DNA from: Octopus sinensis
Taxonomy: Eukaryota
Direction of reading: 5' to 3'
NCBI RefSeq assembly: GCF_006345805.1
Contig: NC_043001.1
Location: 83,948,001-84,012,000 of the forward strand
DNA length: 64,000 nt
Each line of letters begins with the position of its first letter. Position 1 is the first letter of the stretch. Positions 34,068 through 47,858 of the stretch are shown here, one piece after another. The notes below the pieces were generated by a model that did not search any database, was not told the DNA's origin, and saw nothing but the letters and a program-made list of their open reading frames with translations. The position numbers and the translations under genes are program-made.

Positions 34068-34745
34068 AGGTTTTATGCAAGACAAAGTGATGGCGGTAAA
34101 GGTATAAGGTCAGTCCAAACAGCCTTTGAATGTCTCATTGTATCACCCAAACAACAACTGCTGGACAGTAAAGAAAGAAATGCATAATTTTCCATGGATA
34201 CTCAAAAGTGAGAGCAACAACATATTTAGAGCTAGAGAAGAACTCCTGTACATGTACACTGAGAATATACGTGTCTCATGCGATCCACAGGAGGCTGGAC
34301 TGGTCTACCTAGACAGAAGCTTGGAAAAGAAGCGCGTATCGAACCAACAAAAACAAAGCATGTATGCATAACCCGTAAGCTAGAGGACAAAGACATCGTT
34401 GACAGTAAGAGTAACCTCTCCTGGACCAGTGATTGTTATTACACCCAGAAGGATATGCCTTCGTTAGCCAGGAGCAGGAGATTGCTACTAAATACCTAAT
34501 AAACATGGGCGACAAAGATACCACAAAACCCCCTCACTGTGATAGAAAGTGTCCGTTCTACTATACTTGTGTGGAAGATAACACCTACGTTATGAAAAGC
34601 TGTCCCGAAATGTTTACGAGATACTACCTGCCCCTGAGACATGATATGGTTGCAGAGACTATTTACAATGCTATCTGCAGAAAGGATTGCTCTGTTGTAT
34701 ACATCAAAGGCATCTCAGAATCAGCATGCATTCACGCCTTAGATA
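34068..34745 (+). mobile_element. Old R4/Dong-like LINE fragment (RT thumb to Zn knuckle)
   Basis: RFYARQSDGGKGIRSV; EGYAFVSQEQEIATKY...DRKCPF...EDNTYVMKSCPE...YLPLRHDMVAETIYNAIC. Confidence 0.7.
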
Positions 34746-34747
34746 TG

Positions 34748-34995
34748 TTGGTAGGTAGGTAGGTAGGTAGGTAGATAAAGAAAATAGATAGATAAATAGA
34801 TAGAGAATGAAAGAAAGATAGATGGATAGATAGATAGATAGATAGATAGATAAATAGGTAGGTAGGTAGGTAGGTAGGTAGGTAGGTAGGTAGATAGATA
34901 GATAGATAAAGAAAATAGATAAATAGATAGAGAATGAAAGAAAGAAAGATAGATAAATGGACGGATAGATAGATAGATATTTAGATAGATAGATA
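34748..34995. repeat. Compound (TAGG)n/(TAGA)n microsatellite with a duplicated ~110-bp unit
   Basis: Visible tandem structure. Confidence 0.85.
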
Positions 34996-35931
34996 TGCTA
35001 TCAAATATCTCCTCGATTTGTATGTATGAATTTTTAGGAAATTAAAAGTTATGACCAGTCATAGAGCGACCATTTCTCGTTATATTTTGAGAGTTACTTC
35101 CCTTGCATTAACTTGTCAATTATAACATTAACAAACCAATTTGTTCAGATAGACTACTTACATTTTTCACGTTTCTAAGTTCAAATCAGGATGATTGTAC
35201 AGAATAGCTTTGTAACAACTGAAAATTGATTTCATTTCGTCGTGATGACGGCGAACTGTTGTGAGAGTTGTCTCCCTGTTAAGATGTCGCCCACATTTCT
35301 CACAATTTAGAATTGTTGAGTTGAGAACGAGCCGAGCCGTTGAAGCATCTCGTTATGACCAGAATGAAAGGTGGCAGGCTGACAGTATCATTAAGCTGTT
35401 GGAAGGGTACCTTGCTGTATTAGTTCCACCTCTCTTTGTTCTGATTTCAAATCCCACCAAACCAACCTTTTGTCTTTTATTCCTCGGAGGTCGGTAAAAT
35501 TAAGTACCAGCCTAATACAGTTTTGAAGGTGCAGATCAGTGGTTCCTAAACTTTTTCGGGCTGCTACCCGCTTGACACCCTAGCTCCCTCACTCCTATTT
35601 GCCACCTCAAACGTAAACCATTTTCTGCAACGAATTCAAAACAATTGTATTTTACAAATAAAACTTAAACTAAACTTGAGGAGCAGGAGTGGCTGTGTGG
35701 TAAGTAGCTTGCTTACCAACCACATGGTTCCGGGTTCAGTCCCACTACGTGGTACCTTGGGCAAGTGTCTTCTACTATAGCCTCGGGCCGACCAAAGCCT
35801 TGTGAGTGGATTTGGTAGACGGAAAGCAAAAGAAGCCCGTCGTATATATATATATATATATATATATATGGCGGTGCCCCAGCATGGCCACAGCTCATGA
35901 GCTGAAACTGGAAAAATCAAAAAATCAAATC

Positions 35932-35964
<33 letters not shown>

Positions 35965-36287
35965 AGTGTGTGTGTGGCAAAAACGGCTTAAGTAAATGGA
36001 CCTAATCTAAGCATGTATTTGAAAACTCTTGGCAATCAGATTGACCATAGATCCACGATATTTCTTGATTGACATTTCTTGTATCAAAAGTACTCTATCA
36101 TAGATGTATTTACATATAAAGTAAACTTTTTTTGTATCTCATATGCCCCTACTTTCACTTTCTTCCCATCATCTTTTTATGCATATCCCACACAAATTGT
36201 AGATTGTCCTTGTCATATCTTCCTCATCAGATACCCCAGTGGCAAATAAAAGAAAGCATCATCATCATTGTTTTATTATTATTATTA

Positions 36288-36326
<39 letters not shown>

Positions 36327-36327
<1 letters not shown>

Positions 36328-37269
36328 TATGTTTGACTTTTGCTTTACGTTTTTACAAGTTGGCTCCTAGTCTCACCCAGAGACCTCAAGAGACAACAAG
36401 TTGAAAGTTCATGTTGGTGTTATGCCTAGGGTGCTATATATTTGGTTTTGTACTTAGTGTTGTACTAGTGAATGTCTAAAAATCCATACGAAAATTATGT
36501 TTGTTTTAAAACTTGAGATTACATAGAAAGTATTTTGTGTAGGATATGAGCAGTTCCCATGAGCACTATCTTTTAAATTTCTGCCATTTTTGGGTTTCCT
36601 GGTTTAAAACAAAAATATAAAAAATATCAAAAATTGACTGAAGCATTCAAATTTTAAATGGAAAGACTATTATTGTTCGATATGTGTACACCCATACACA
36701 TCCATCTTTTTAAGTGTGCATGTCATGGGATTCTGCTATCATTCCCAGGGCACCTATGACAAACAGGTATTGTTTTAGTCTTCAGGTTCCACATTTTGCT
36801 GATTTCTATTTCAAGATCTTTATATTTGCTCGGTTTTTGGTAGGCCTTGACAGATACGTTTATATCAATTGGGACAGTCATATCAATGAGGAGGCATGTT
36901 TTTTGTCTGAAGTCTTTCAATATGATGTCTGGCCCATTTACATCTATCGTTCAGTCAGTTTGAATGGTGAAGTTCCAGAGGAGTGAGATGTGATCATTTT
37001 CAAGCACTGGAGGTGGTTTGTGTTCCCACCAGTTTTTATCATGGGGCAAGTCCAGGCTTTTGCAAATTACCCAGTGAATATATTGTGTAGCTCTATCATG
37101 CCTGTTGAGATACTCTGTAGGCACTAGAAGACTGCACTTGGAGACAACATGATCAATGGTTTCATTTTGTTGTTGACATACACGACATGTTGGGCTTCTG
37201 CCATTCTTTAATATGTTAGCCTGGTACTTCCTTGTAGGTAGGCATTGATCTTGAGCTGCTATGATAAAC

Positions 37270-37270
<1 letters not shown>
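36327..37270 (-). mobile_element. R4/Dong-like LINE 3' end between (TAA)n tracts
   Basis: FIIAAQDQCLPTR...CRVC...ETIDHVVSKC...YLNRHDRATQYIHWVICK...WWEHKP...LLWNFTIQTD, then DMTVPIDINVS.K..QK.SKYKDLEIEI; (TTA)n at 36275-36326 and 37269-37317. Confidence 0.85.
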
Positions 37271-37307
<37 letters not shown>

Positions 37308-39673
37308 GTTATTATTCATACAGCAGTAGTATTAATAATTTTGTTGGTTTTGTTTACCAAACATCAAGCTACTCATGTCTTCAGATATCGAGTGCATCTC
37401 TTGAGATTTTAGCTGTATTAAGAAGACATCCTTTCTGTTGATTACCAAATATATTATTATCATTATCATTATTTTTCTTATTGTTTTTATTATAAAGGTG
37501 TCAACCTGGCAGAATCATTAGAGTGTTGGAAAAAATGCAATACAAAGACACAATTTTATGTAAGGGTGGGTTTCAATGTTCTTTTCTGGCATATCTTTTA
37601 TTTATAGCAAGAGGAAACAAAGACATATAAAAAAAAATCAGTCATCGCAGGGATTTAAACTCAAATCTAAAATACATCAAACATAGATACTATGAAGTAT
37701 CAAAACCACTTCTATACCATCTGCACCAAATACTTAAAAAAAAAAAACACCCAGATATGTAATGTTGAAGAAATCAAAAAAATAATAATAATAATGATAA
37801 TAAAATAGCTTTGTTACACACAAACTATAAGACTAAAAATTTAGAATGGAATGGCAAGTGGAAAGTGAAACTGTAACATTCATGCCTTCCCAAAAGACAT
37901 TAGCAACATATACATGAAAGTGTTTCCAAAAAGGAATCAAATTGTGTATTGGACAATTTTGAAATGGAAACTAGAGATTTTGTATAAATTTTTTATTTGT
38001 TTTTCTTTTTAATTTTTTTTTTTTGATTTGTTAGTTGTTTTGGATCTAGTTAAGAATAGGTGGCACAGTTTCAGATACAGTTGAGTCAACTGGGTCCTTG
38101 TGCCATTGTGATATTGTGACACAAAGTGTTGGTGTTGTTAACTACATCACAGCCTTGTGACACAGTGTAAAAAAAATATAATGGCACCATAGCACATAGT
38201 GGAGATGTCAAAAAAAATCAAGATTAATACCATGGCACAAGATTACAGTGAGTGCCACCCACATATCTGAACTATGGCACATTAGGATGGTGTCAGAAAT
38301 AGCACCATGTCACAGTGATACAATGTGAGTGAGTCATAAAAATAAATAACAATTTTGGACAAAGAACATAAAAAAATTAAAATAAGAACGTTTATAGTGG
38401 AAACAAAGCAACAAGACAAAGAAAAAAAGGCAAGAAAAGAACAAAGCAAAAAGAAACAACAATTTTCTCATTCAATTCATCCATTGCAGATTGCCATAAC
38501 AGTCACACTACAGTGTCACAAGTTCAAACCCAAAACAAGTCATTGCTGCTATTTCGTGTTTTTTTTTTTTTTTTTTGGTTTCTCAGAAAATAGCAACATT
38601 TTCTTGCATTTTATTTTTTTTTTCTTCACAGACTACAAACCTCAGGGGACTAGTTCTACACTACTCCCCCTCTCGTGATTACCTCCTCTTCCTCGTCCTC
38701 CTTCTAGTATGCTCGCACGAATGCCACCCCACTCTCCAGGCCGTGGGAGTGAGGGTGGAGTGCTACTGTCACTAACCCAATTAACATATTGATTAACAGT
38801 TAATTAACAAGTATGTACAATTTCTGTTTGAAAAAAAAAAACCAAAAACAAAAGATCCATATACGTTTGTTGTGGCTTTGTTGTCGTTCCATAAACATTC
38901 CCGTTCTTTCACCTCTTATGTGTGTATGTATGCATATGTATGTGTGCGGGTACCTATGAGAGTATAGCACTCTTCTGACTATACTCCTGCATCATTTGTC
39001 CATCTATTCTACCCCTCTTAACTATTCTCTTTCGTCTGTGTCTTAAGCATCCTATTTCATCATTTGTACCTGTATGTCAATGTCCCCTAAACTCCTTTGT
39101 GTCCATACTACAGTAGTCTGAACTCCAGTCTGTTTTACCTGCGTCTATGTATGTATCACTGTCTGTCTGCTTGCCTGCTTGTCAACCTGTCTGCCTGTCT
39201 GTCTCTTCATCTGCCTGAATAACTCCCCCCCCCCAACACCTTTCATGCTGCCATATATTATTTATTTGTTTTGTTTTTTTATGTTTTTGTTGTTGTTTTT
39301 TTTTGTTTTAGTTTCGTTTCATTTTTATTAACGTCCTTCTTCATCTCTGATTTAACAACACTTTCTCCATACCCCCACGCATCCCTGAAATCTGTCTGTT
39401 CATCTAAGTGCAAATGTGGGTTTAAACAACAGTTTACGTTCCTTATGCAACTGCCCACCCCCACGTATCCCCACCCCCCCACCCGAGATAGATGGTGGTG
39501 GTCCTTCAGACAAATGGTTTACTTCGTCATTTTCAAAGACCCTAAATTTTCTAATTAATTGCTTTAATTAATTACTTTTGTTTTCAGTGACTTCATTAGA
39601 CAAAAGGGGGGTGGGACGGGCGGGTAGATAATGAATGGAGCAGGGTGATGATGGGATTGGTATATAATATATA

Positions 39674-39704
<31 letters not shown>

Positions 39705-39759
39705 ATGTATATAATAAAATATATATAATATATATATCATATATATATATATATATGAT

Positions 39760-39794
<35 letters not shown>

Positions 39795-39886
39795 ATATAT
39801 ATTTATACTATAATATAATATGATGTATATATATTATAATATATATATGTAAAATCTTTTGAGACTTTACAAAAGCTAAGCATTAT

Positions 39887-40338
39887 TTACTGCTCCTCTG
39901 ACCGGTTTCTCATTTCGGCCATGACCTGCTCATAAGAAGGGGGTGGTGTTGTGTAGTCATCTTTATCGTTCGTGCAGGAATGGGGATATGGTGGATGACC
40001 AGGGTACTGAGGTGGGAGATCCTTCGGAATCTGGTCAGGAATGTCAGTAACTATACTTGTTGGATCAGTTGATGTCTGCGCGCGGGGCGTGTATGGTGGC
40101 GAGGCCACTCCTGCTGCCATTGCTGCTGCTGCTGTTGGCGCTGTTGTTGTCGACGCATTTGCTGTTGCCGTTGCACCCATTCGCTGTCGTCTCAGAGGCT
40201 GCTGCAGTATGCCAGGTATGAGTAAGGTTTCAGAACTAGCTTCCTGTACCATCTGATGTCTCCTGAGGCATCGACCTATCACTAATACCACAATGGCCAA
40301 CACCAATGCTATAGAGATGCCCAAACCAATCAGTGTAG
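39887..40338 (-). CDS. Membrane-protein last exon (TM helix and cytoplasmic tail)
   Basis: ATTTTCAG| acceptor; open to TAA; lies within ORF 39887-40399. Confidence 0.88.
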
Positions 40339-40848
40339 CTGAAAATATAAAAAAAGGAAAACAGACCAATAATAAGTATCTATAAGAAGATATCCACAAT
40401 TTTAATACTCATCTGATGCATCATTATTATTATAATTATGAAGGTGGCAAGCTGGCAGAATCATTGGCTTGCTGGATGAAATGTATAGGCCTTGTGCCTA
40501 TAGTAGAGAGAATTATTATTATTCAGAGCAGCTGACTGGTTTCCTTGCCAGTGGCACATGAAAAAAATTCAAGCGAGGTCATTGCCAGTGCCGCTGGACT
40601 GGCTCCTGTGCAGGTGGCACGCAGAAAACACCATTTGAGCGTGGTCGTTGCCAGTACTGTCTGACTGGCCCTCATGCTGGTGGCACGTAAAAGAACCCAC
40701 TACACTCTTGGAGTGGTTGGTATTAGGAAGGGCATCAAGCTGTAGAAACTGCCAGATCAGAGTGGAGCCTGGTGCAGCCATCTGGTTCTCCAGACCTCAG
40801 TCAAATCGTCCAACCCATGCTAACATGGAAAGCAGACATTAAACAATG

Positions 40849-40881
<33 letters not shown>

Positions 40882-43800
40882 TAAAATGTGGTAAACTGGC
40901 ATAATTTTTGGCACACCAGGAAAAATGCTTTGCAGCATTTCATCCGTTTTTATTTTTGGAGTTCAAATTTTGCCAAGGTCGACTTTGCTTTCATCTTTTC
41001 AGGGTCAATTAAGTAAGTACCAGTTATGCACTGAGGTAAATGTAATCAACTAGTTCCCTCCCCACAAATTTCAGGCCTTGTACCTTCAGTAGAAAGGATT
41101 AATATAATTATCATTAAAAAGGCAATGAACTGGCAGACTTATTAGCACACCAGACGAAATGCTGCGCCACATTTGGTCCGTCTTTTCATTCTGAGTTCAT
41201 CACTATGTTCTAAGTTCAAATTCCGCTGAGGTCGACTTTGCCTTTCATCCTTATGGGGTCGATAAGTTAAGTAACAGTTGCGTACTGGAGTCGATGTAAT
41301 CGACTGAGCCCCTTCCCCCAAATTTCAGGCCTTGTGCCTATAGTAAAAAACGATTATTATTATTATTATTATTGGCAAACTGTCAGACTCATTAATATTG
41401 GAAAAGTTGTATAGAAAGACGTATAACCTTTCTGTAGAGTTTATAAGGGAATGAAAACATCGTTCTCCTAATTTTATTACATGAATGATAACATGAGATT
41501 TCAGGGGGTAGACTATTGTCTCTTGTTTGGTGAAATCCGAAACACCAGATGAAGACATGTATCAATAAAAGAAACAGCTATATTGAAGTAAGGGAGAGAA
41601 CTAGCCTGCATTCATTTGCTTAACTCCCCTGCTGAAGTAGTTCTCAGTGAAAACCAGATACAAATAAATAAATAAATGCTTGCTCCTTAACCAATTGGTT
41701 TGGGATTTGGTCCAGCGGTACAGAACCTTATACAAGTGTTTTCTACTGTCGGCTGATTAGGCTCTCTAAAGCCTTTTGGGTGAATTTGTCAGACGGAAAC
41801 TGAAAGAAGACCGTCGTATACGATAGGAGTAAATAAGCAACACAATAGTGCTTCCAATATCCATATACAATATGCCTATGCGAAATATTACATATATATA
41901 TTAACATAAGATTGAGGTCTCAATTCCTGGACTGGGCAATGTATTGTGTTCTTGAGCAAGACACTTCATTTTCCATTGCTCCAGTCCACTCAGCTGGCAA
42001 AAGTGAGTAATCCTACAATGACCAGCTTCCCATCCAGTGGGTAGGGTGAATATATAAGCCACAGAATCTGAGAAGCCAGCTATGTGAGCCTATGAAGGCC
42101 CTTTTTTGATAATACAAGAATATGGTGCCAAGTGAACACAACCTGAATAAACCCCAAAATGTAGGTGAGATTTAAGTCGAATGACTAACACTGTTAATGG
42201 TTTATGGTTTTGGAGTGAAGGAACGTGGTTTAGTGGTTAGGGTGTTGGGCCCATGAGCATAAGATCATGAGTTCAGGTGCTGGATTGGGTAATGCAGTTT
42301 GTCCTTGGACAAAGCACTTCACTTTTTATTGCTCCAGTTTACTCAACTAAAGAAATGATTACCACCTTTGTTCTGGTGAAGCTCTATTTACCTCTGGCTG
42401 TCACATCTTCAGTGTTCTGCTGGATCAAACATGAGCAGAGTACCTATGAGCAATGTACCTATGAGCAGAATACCTATAAGCAGAGTATCTATGTCTAATT
42501 ACATCTACATTGACTCCTAAAACAATTAGCAAAGGCATAGCACAATCTACCAAGTCATACTCATTTGTGAGTGATGGCTAAGGAAGCTTCTTGAGTGAAT
42601 AAGAGTGCCTCAATCTGCGAGAGAAAGAGCAGCCAAATTTCCTTCTATTCTCTTTTAAACAGGATGGATACATTCAACAATGTAGTTCTCAACGAGGGTC
42701 CACCTGACCCTTGGGGCTCCTTACAGGATTTTGTTGCTAAAAGTTATGTACAATAAATTGCTTATACTTCTAAAATCACATAATATTTTAACAATTTTTT
42801 TAATGCAATTCCAAGTAATATTTAATGATGAAAATTTAATAGGCTTTTTCAAACATCAAATGGCTATGAGGGTCCATCCAAGGAACATAGGAATCAAAGA
42901 GGTCTATAGGTAAAGAAAGTTTGAGAACCATTGTTTTCGATACACTGTATTTAGATAAAAGATGGGATTCTCATAACAGGAACATCTTTAATCAAAGGTC
43001 TGCTTGATCATCCTGGCTGACAGGGGTCTAGAGAAGAATATCAGCAAAAACAACTGATAGTTGTTGTTGTTTTCCCTTATGTCAAGCCTGATCTAACAGA
43101 TCTGTGATCAAAGATGTGCCAACAACCGTGGCCATCCTGTCTTTTTCTTTTTTCAGCCACAGTGTATACAGAATTACATTATTTAATTAGTCTTCTTTAT
43201 TTTTAAACTGCCAGGGGAGTTTTGACTTAAGGAGGATTTGACTGTTGTTTCTGCCAGTCATGTAGAAGCTTTTTTTTTTAAACATTAAACTTACTGTTTC
43301 TGGCCTGGTGACAGCGTAGAAATCTCTTGGCTGGTCCCATTGTCCTGATATTGATTTCATGATAATATTTTTGAGCATCATTTCCACATAGTTTCTGTGC
43401 AACTGTCTCTGCGCATTCTAGCGATTCTTCGAGATATCTGAAATATTCACAAAAAAAATTAGTGGTTTTCTAACAGAACAATGTTATGCCTTTCCACACT
43501 CCCTCTGTGTCTCTTTCACTGCTTATTTGGTTGTGTGAATGAAGCTGCGTGTATATCCAAAGATTTGGATATATACTGTTTAATGACACTTAGTCAAATA
43601 TGTATGTTAATTATCAATGCTCTCAAATTTAAAATCTTGAATTACTGTACTGAAGAGGAGAAAGAGTGAGTAGAAATATGATATTACATTTTTCACATCT
43701 CTCGAACTCTGAAATGCATACACAGTTGATAAGAGCCAGGTGGATTCATTATTTTTTCTCTTTACCTGCGTGAGTTGTTGAGTATGGCTGCCTGTGAGAT

Positions 43801-46800
43801 ATCTTATGGTAGTAGAATAGTATTTTAACTGCTATTCCTAAATTTTGGTATGTGGTGAAGCAAATTTTGCTGAACCCTAATTATACTCATAATTATAGAA
43901 TTTCTGTATAAGTTTACTGATAATGGTTCTTTTTACATACCGAACTATTTGATAAAATTATTAATTATTAATCAATTAATTTAATGTTACCCTTTATTAT
44001 ATCATCATCATCATCATCGTCATAAATATATATATATATATGTATGTATATATATATATATATATGTATATGTATGATGAGCTTCTTTCAGTTTCAGTCT
44101 ACCAAATTCACTCACAAGACTTTGGTCAGCCCAAGGTGCCATGCAGTGGGACTGAATCCAGAACCACACAGCCATGCCTACACCTATTATGAATAAGAAC
44201 CCTATAAATGTACCAATGTTCTATAACAGTGTGCAAACTTACCTGCAAACTTTCATTTTCATCATGTAATCATTCATCAATCTGACATTGTGTCGGTTGA
44301 CTTTGTACTGAGCATCAATAGAACATTGGCTCATGTGTTCCTTGAAGTTTGCTGATGATGTACATGGTTTGATCTTCATGAGAACTGAAATGCAAACAGA
44401 CACAACTGTATTTCAGCTTGGTCTTGGACATGTGGAACAGCTGTAGTTAAATAGATGAAATTGTTTTTGACACCATCATTGCTACTTCAATATTAAAGGA
44501 AGGACAAAAGAAACAAACAATATAAGACCATGGACTTCACAATATTATCATCATCATTATTGTTTAACGTCCGTTTTCCATGCTAGCATGGGTTGGATCG
44601 TTTGACCGGGGTCTGGGAAGCCAGGAGGCTGCACTAGGCTCCAGTCTCATCTGGCAGTGTTTCTACGGCTTGATGCCCTTCCTAACGCTAACCACTCCGT
44701 GAGTGTAGTAGGTGATTTTTACGTGCCACTGGCACTGAGGCCAGAGGAGGCTGGTAACAGCCCCGATTGGTTGGTGCTTTTTATGTGCCACTGGCACGGG
44801 TATCACAACTACAATTTCCATTTGATTTTTATTTTGATCTTGATGTACTTGACTCAATAGGTCTCCTCAAGCACAGCAGGTCGCCCCATGATCCAAGGTA
44901 AGCACAGCAGGCCGTCCTGCGAGCCATGAACTCACTTCATTTGTTGGGTCTTTGCAGTCACAGCATTTCTCCAGAGGTCTCAGTCTTTCGTCATTGCCTC
45001 TGTGAGGCCTATCATATGATAATAAAATGGATGATGATGATAATGGTGATGACAATAATGATAACGACAACAACAATGATGATGATGACGATGACGATGA
45101 TGATAATAATAATAATGATGATGATGAACTCTCCCAGCAAAGGTGGCATATGGGTATTCAGCTTTTGCCTAACCTGGATGGATGATTTGTTTTATAACGA
45201 TCAAATATATGTGCTGTACATCAGCTCCCTCCCTCCACCAAATCAACATTGCTTGAACAGGTGCACGGTGTACCACATGTCAGGTGTCAAAGTGATTGCA
45301 GAGAAATGTGATATGAAGTGTCTTGCTCAAGAACACAATGCACCACCTGGTCTAGGAATTGAAACCATGGTCTGGCGATCATGAGTGCAACACCTTATCC
45401 ATGAGGCCATGCACCCCCAAATAATAACAACAACAACAACAATAATAATGTCTTCCTTCTTAACCACTAGGGGCTCACAAAAATATTGGGGATGTTACAG
45501 GATGATACAATGTGAGGTTGCATGAAAGAAATGTCAAAGAAAGAATAACAGTAGCAAAGAATGAATTCCAAACAATGACAAGTTCCTCAAAGGATGAGAA
45601 CTTCAAGGGCTATTTTGGAAAGCTCACAAAGCCATGGTTACCATGACTACTAAGGCAAATACCTTCTCTGTTATCCTCCAATCTACAGGCATGTGGCTAG
45701 AGCATACCACTTCCTTTGCACCAAGCTCACCACTCACTTTCACCTTTCAGCAAGAATGCTGGGAGACAGCACTTCTCTCTTCTTTTTAAGTGAAACTTGA
45801 AAAGTTGATGAGAGCTTGTATGAAGATGAAGGTGTCTGTTTTCAGACCTTTCAATCTGGCCTACCACACAAACTCTTTCACTAAATCCACCAGATAGATG
45901 AACATTGCTGGCCCTTGCTGGCCAAAGCAAAGCAGTGGATCAACTTCACAATGGATTCAGCTAAAAGCTGGATCCATCCTACATATATCAGCCAGTGATC
46001 GATATAACTCCACAAGTCAGCAATGGTTGGACACTGGGTGTGTGCAGAAGAGTTTCATTGCTCTGTGTGCCACTTAGGCAGGCCTGGTTGATGGTATGCT
46101 CATGCATGTGAAGTTTATCCTGAATTGGCAACATGCCCACTTATAGCCCAGACTCAGGAAGGATCTTAATCCATTATCCTTTTATCATATCACTGGCACA
46201 AGACCTGAAATTTTTGGCGGTGGTGGTGGGGTTTAGTCAATTATACTGACCCCTGTGTTTAGTTCTTATTTCATTAACCTCAAAAGGATAAAAAGCAAAT
46301 TTGACCTCGATGGAATTTGAGCTCAGAACATAGAGCTGGATGAAATGTCACTAAGTAGGAGTGGCTGTGTGGTAAGTAGCTTATGAACCACATGGTTTCA
46401 GGTTCAGTCCCACTGTGTGGCACCTTGGGCAAGTGTCTTCTACTATAGCCTCGGGCCGACCAAAGCCTTGTGAGTGGATTTGGTAGACGGAGACTGAAAG
46501 AAGCCTGTCGTATATATGTATATATATATATATATATGTATGTGTGCTTGCATGTTTGTGTGTCTGTGTTTGTTCTCCAAACATCACTTGACAACCGATG
46601 CTGGTGTGTTTATGCCTCCATAACTTAGGAGGAAATATCTCATATCCTGGACAGGATACTAAGAGCAAAATTGTATATTTGTACTAATACCACTGAGCAT
46701 TTCACAATTTTGCCAGCATGCCACCATCGGGATAATATAATATTAAAATTCATAATTTAGATCTAACAAGGTGGTCAGCTGGAAGAAGCATTAGTACACT

Positions 46801-47818
46801 GGACAAAATGCTTAGCGGTATTTTGTCTGTCTTCATGTTCTGAGTTCAAATTCCACCAAAGTCGACTTTGCTTTTCATCCTTTCAGGGTCAATAAATTAA
46901 GTACAAGTTGTGTACTGGGGTTGATTTAATCGACTGGACACACCCCCACCAAATTTCAGGCTTTGTGCCTATAGCAGAAAGGATAATTTAGATCTAACAA
47001 ATAGAGGAAGATGGGACAATGAGGAAGAAATATCTCATATCCTGAACAGGATACAAACAGCAATATCGTATATTTGTAGGCAAGATTGTACTAAGTTGCA
47101 TCTTAGTATGTGCATGGTTATGTATGTGTGTGTGGACACATGTATAACTATAGATGAGTATCTGTGTGTGCCTACATCCATCTATATGCATGAGATTGTG
47201 TTTGACTGAGTAAAAAGTCATGGCCGTTGCATGTCACCCTCTCATTAACTTACAAAATATTCATGAAATAGCATGGAAAAATGAACAATAAAATGAGAGC
47301 AATGACAGTGCTGTTGCTGTTGCTACTGCTGCTACTGTTGCTATTGGTGATGATGATGGCGATTATAATGATGATGATGATGGTATAGAGGACAGTGGTG
47401 AAAATGATAGCAATGAAGCGGATTATGAGGTTGATAATGGTAGTGATGGTGGTGGTGGTGGGTTGCATTGATGGTATGATGGTGGTGGCAATGAAGATGA
47501 TGGTGATGATGCAGTAATGACAAATAGAACAATGATGAGGATTATGATGGTAATGATAATGATGATGACGATGACGACGACGACGACAATGATGATGATT
47601 AAGACAATGAGAGTGATGATGATGATAAGTGATGATGTGATGGCTGCAAATGATGATAATGATGATGGTGATGGTGGTGGTGCTATGATGATGATGATGA
47701 AGATGACAGTGGTGATGATGATGGTGATGCAGTAGTGATAGCAATGATCAAGATTATTATGATAATGATGATGGGATGGTGGTGGTGGTGATGTTGATGA
47801 CACCAATGAAAAAGAATG

Positions 47819-47858
<40 letters not shown>

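Noticed and set aside
42678-42933. Possible hAT-type MITE (CAATGTAGTTCTCAAC...TTGAGAACCATTG)
   Set aside because: The TIRs are imperfect and no TSD is found, so it is too weak to list as a feature.
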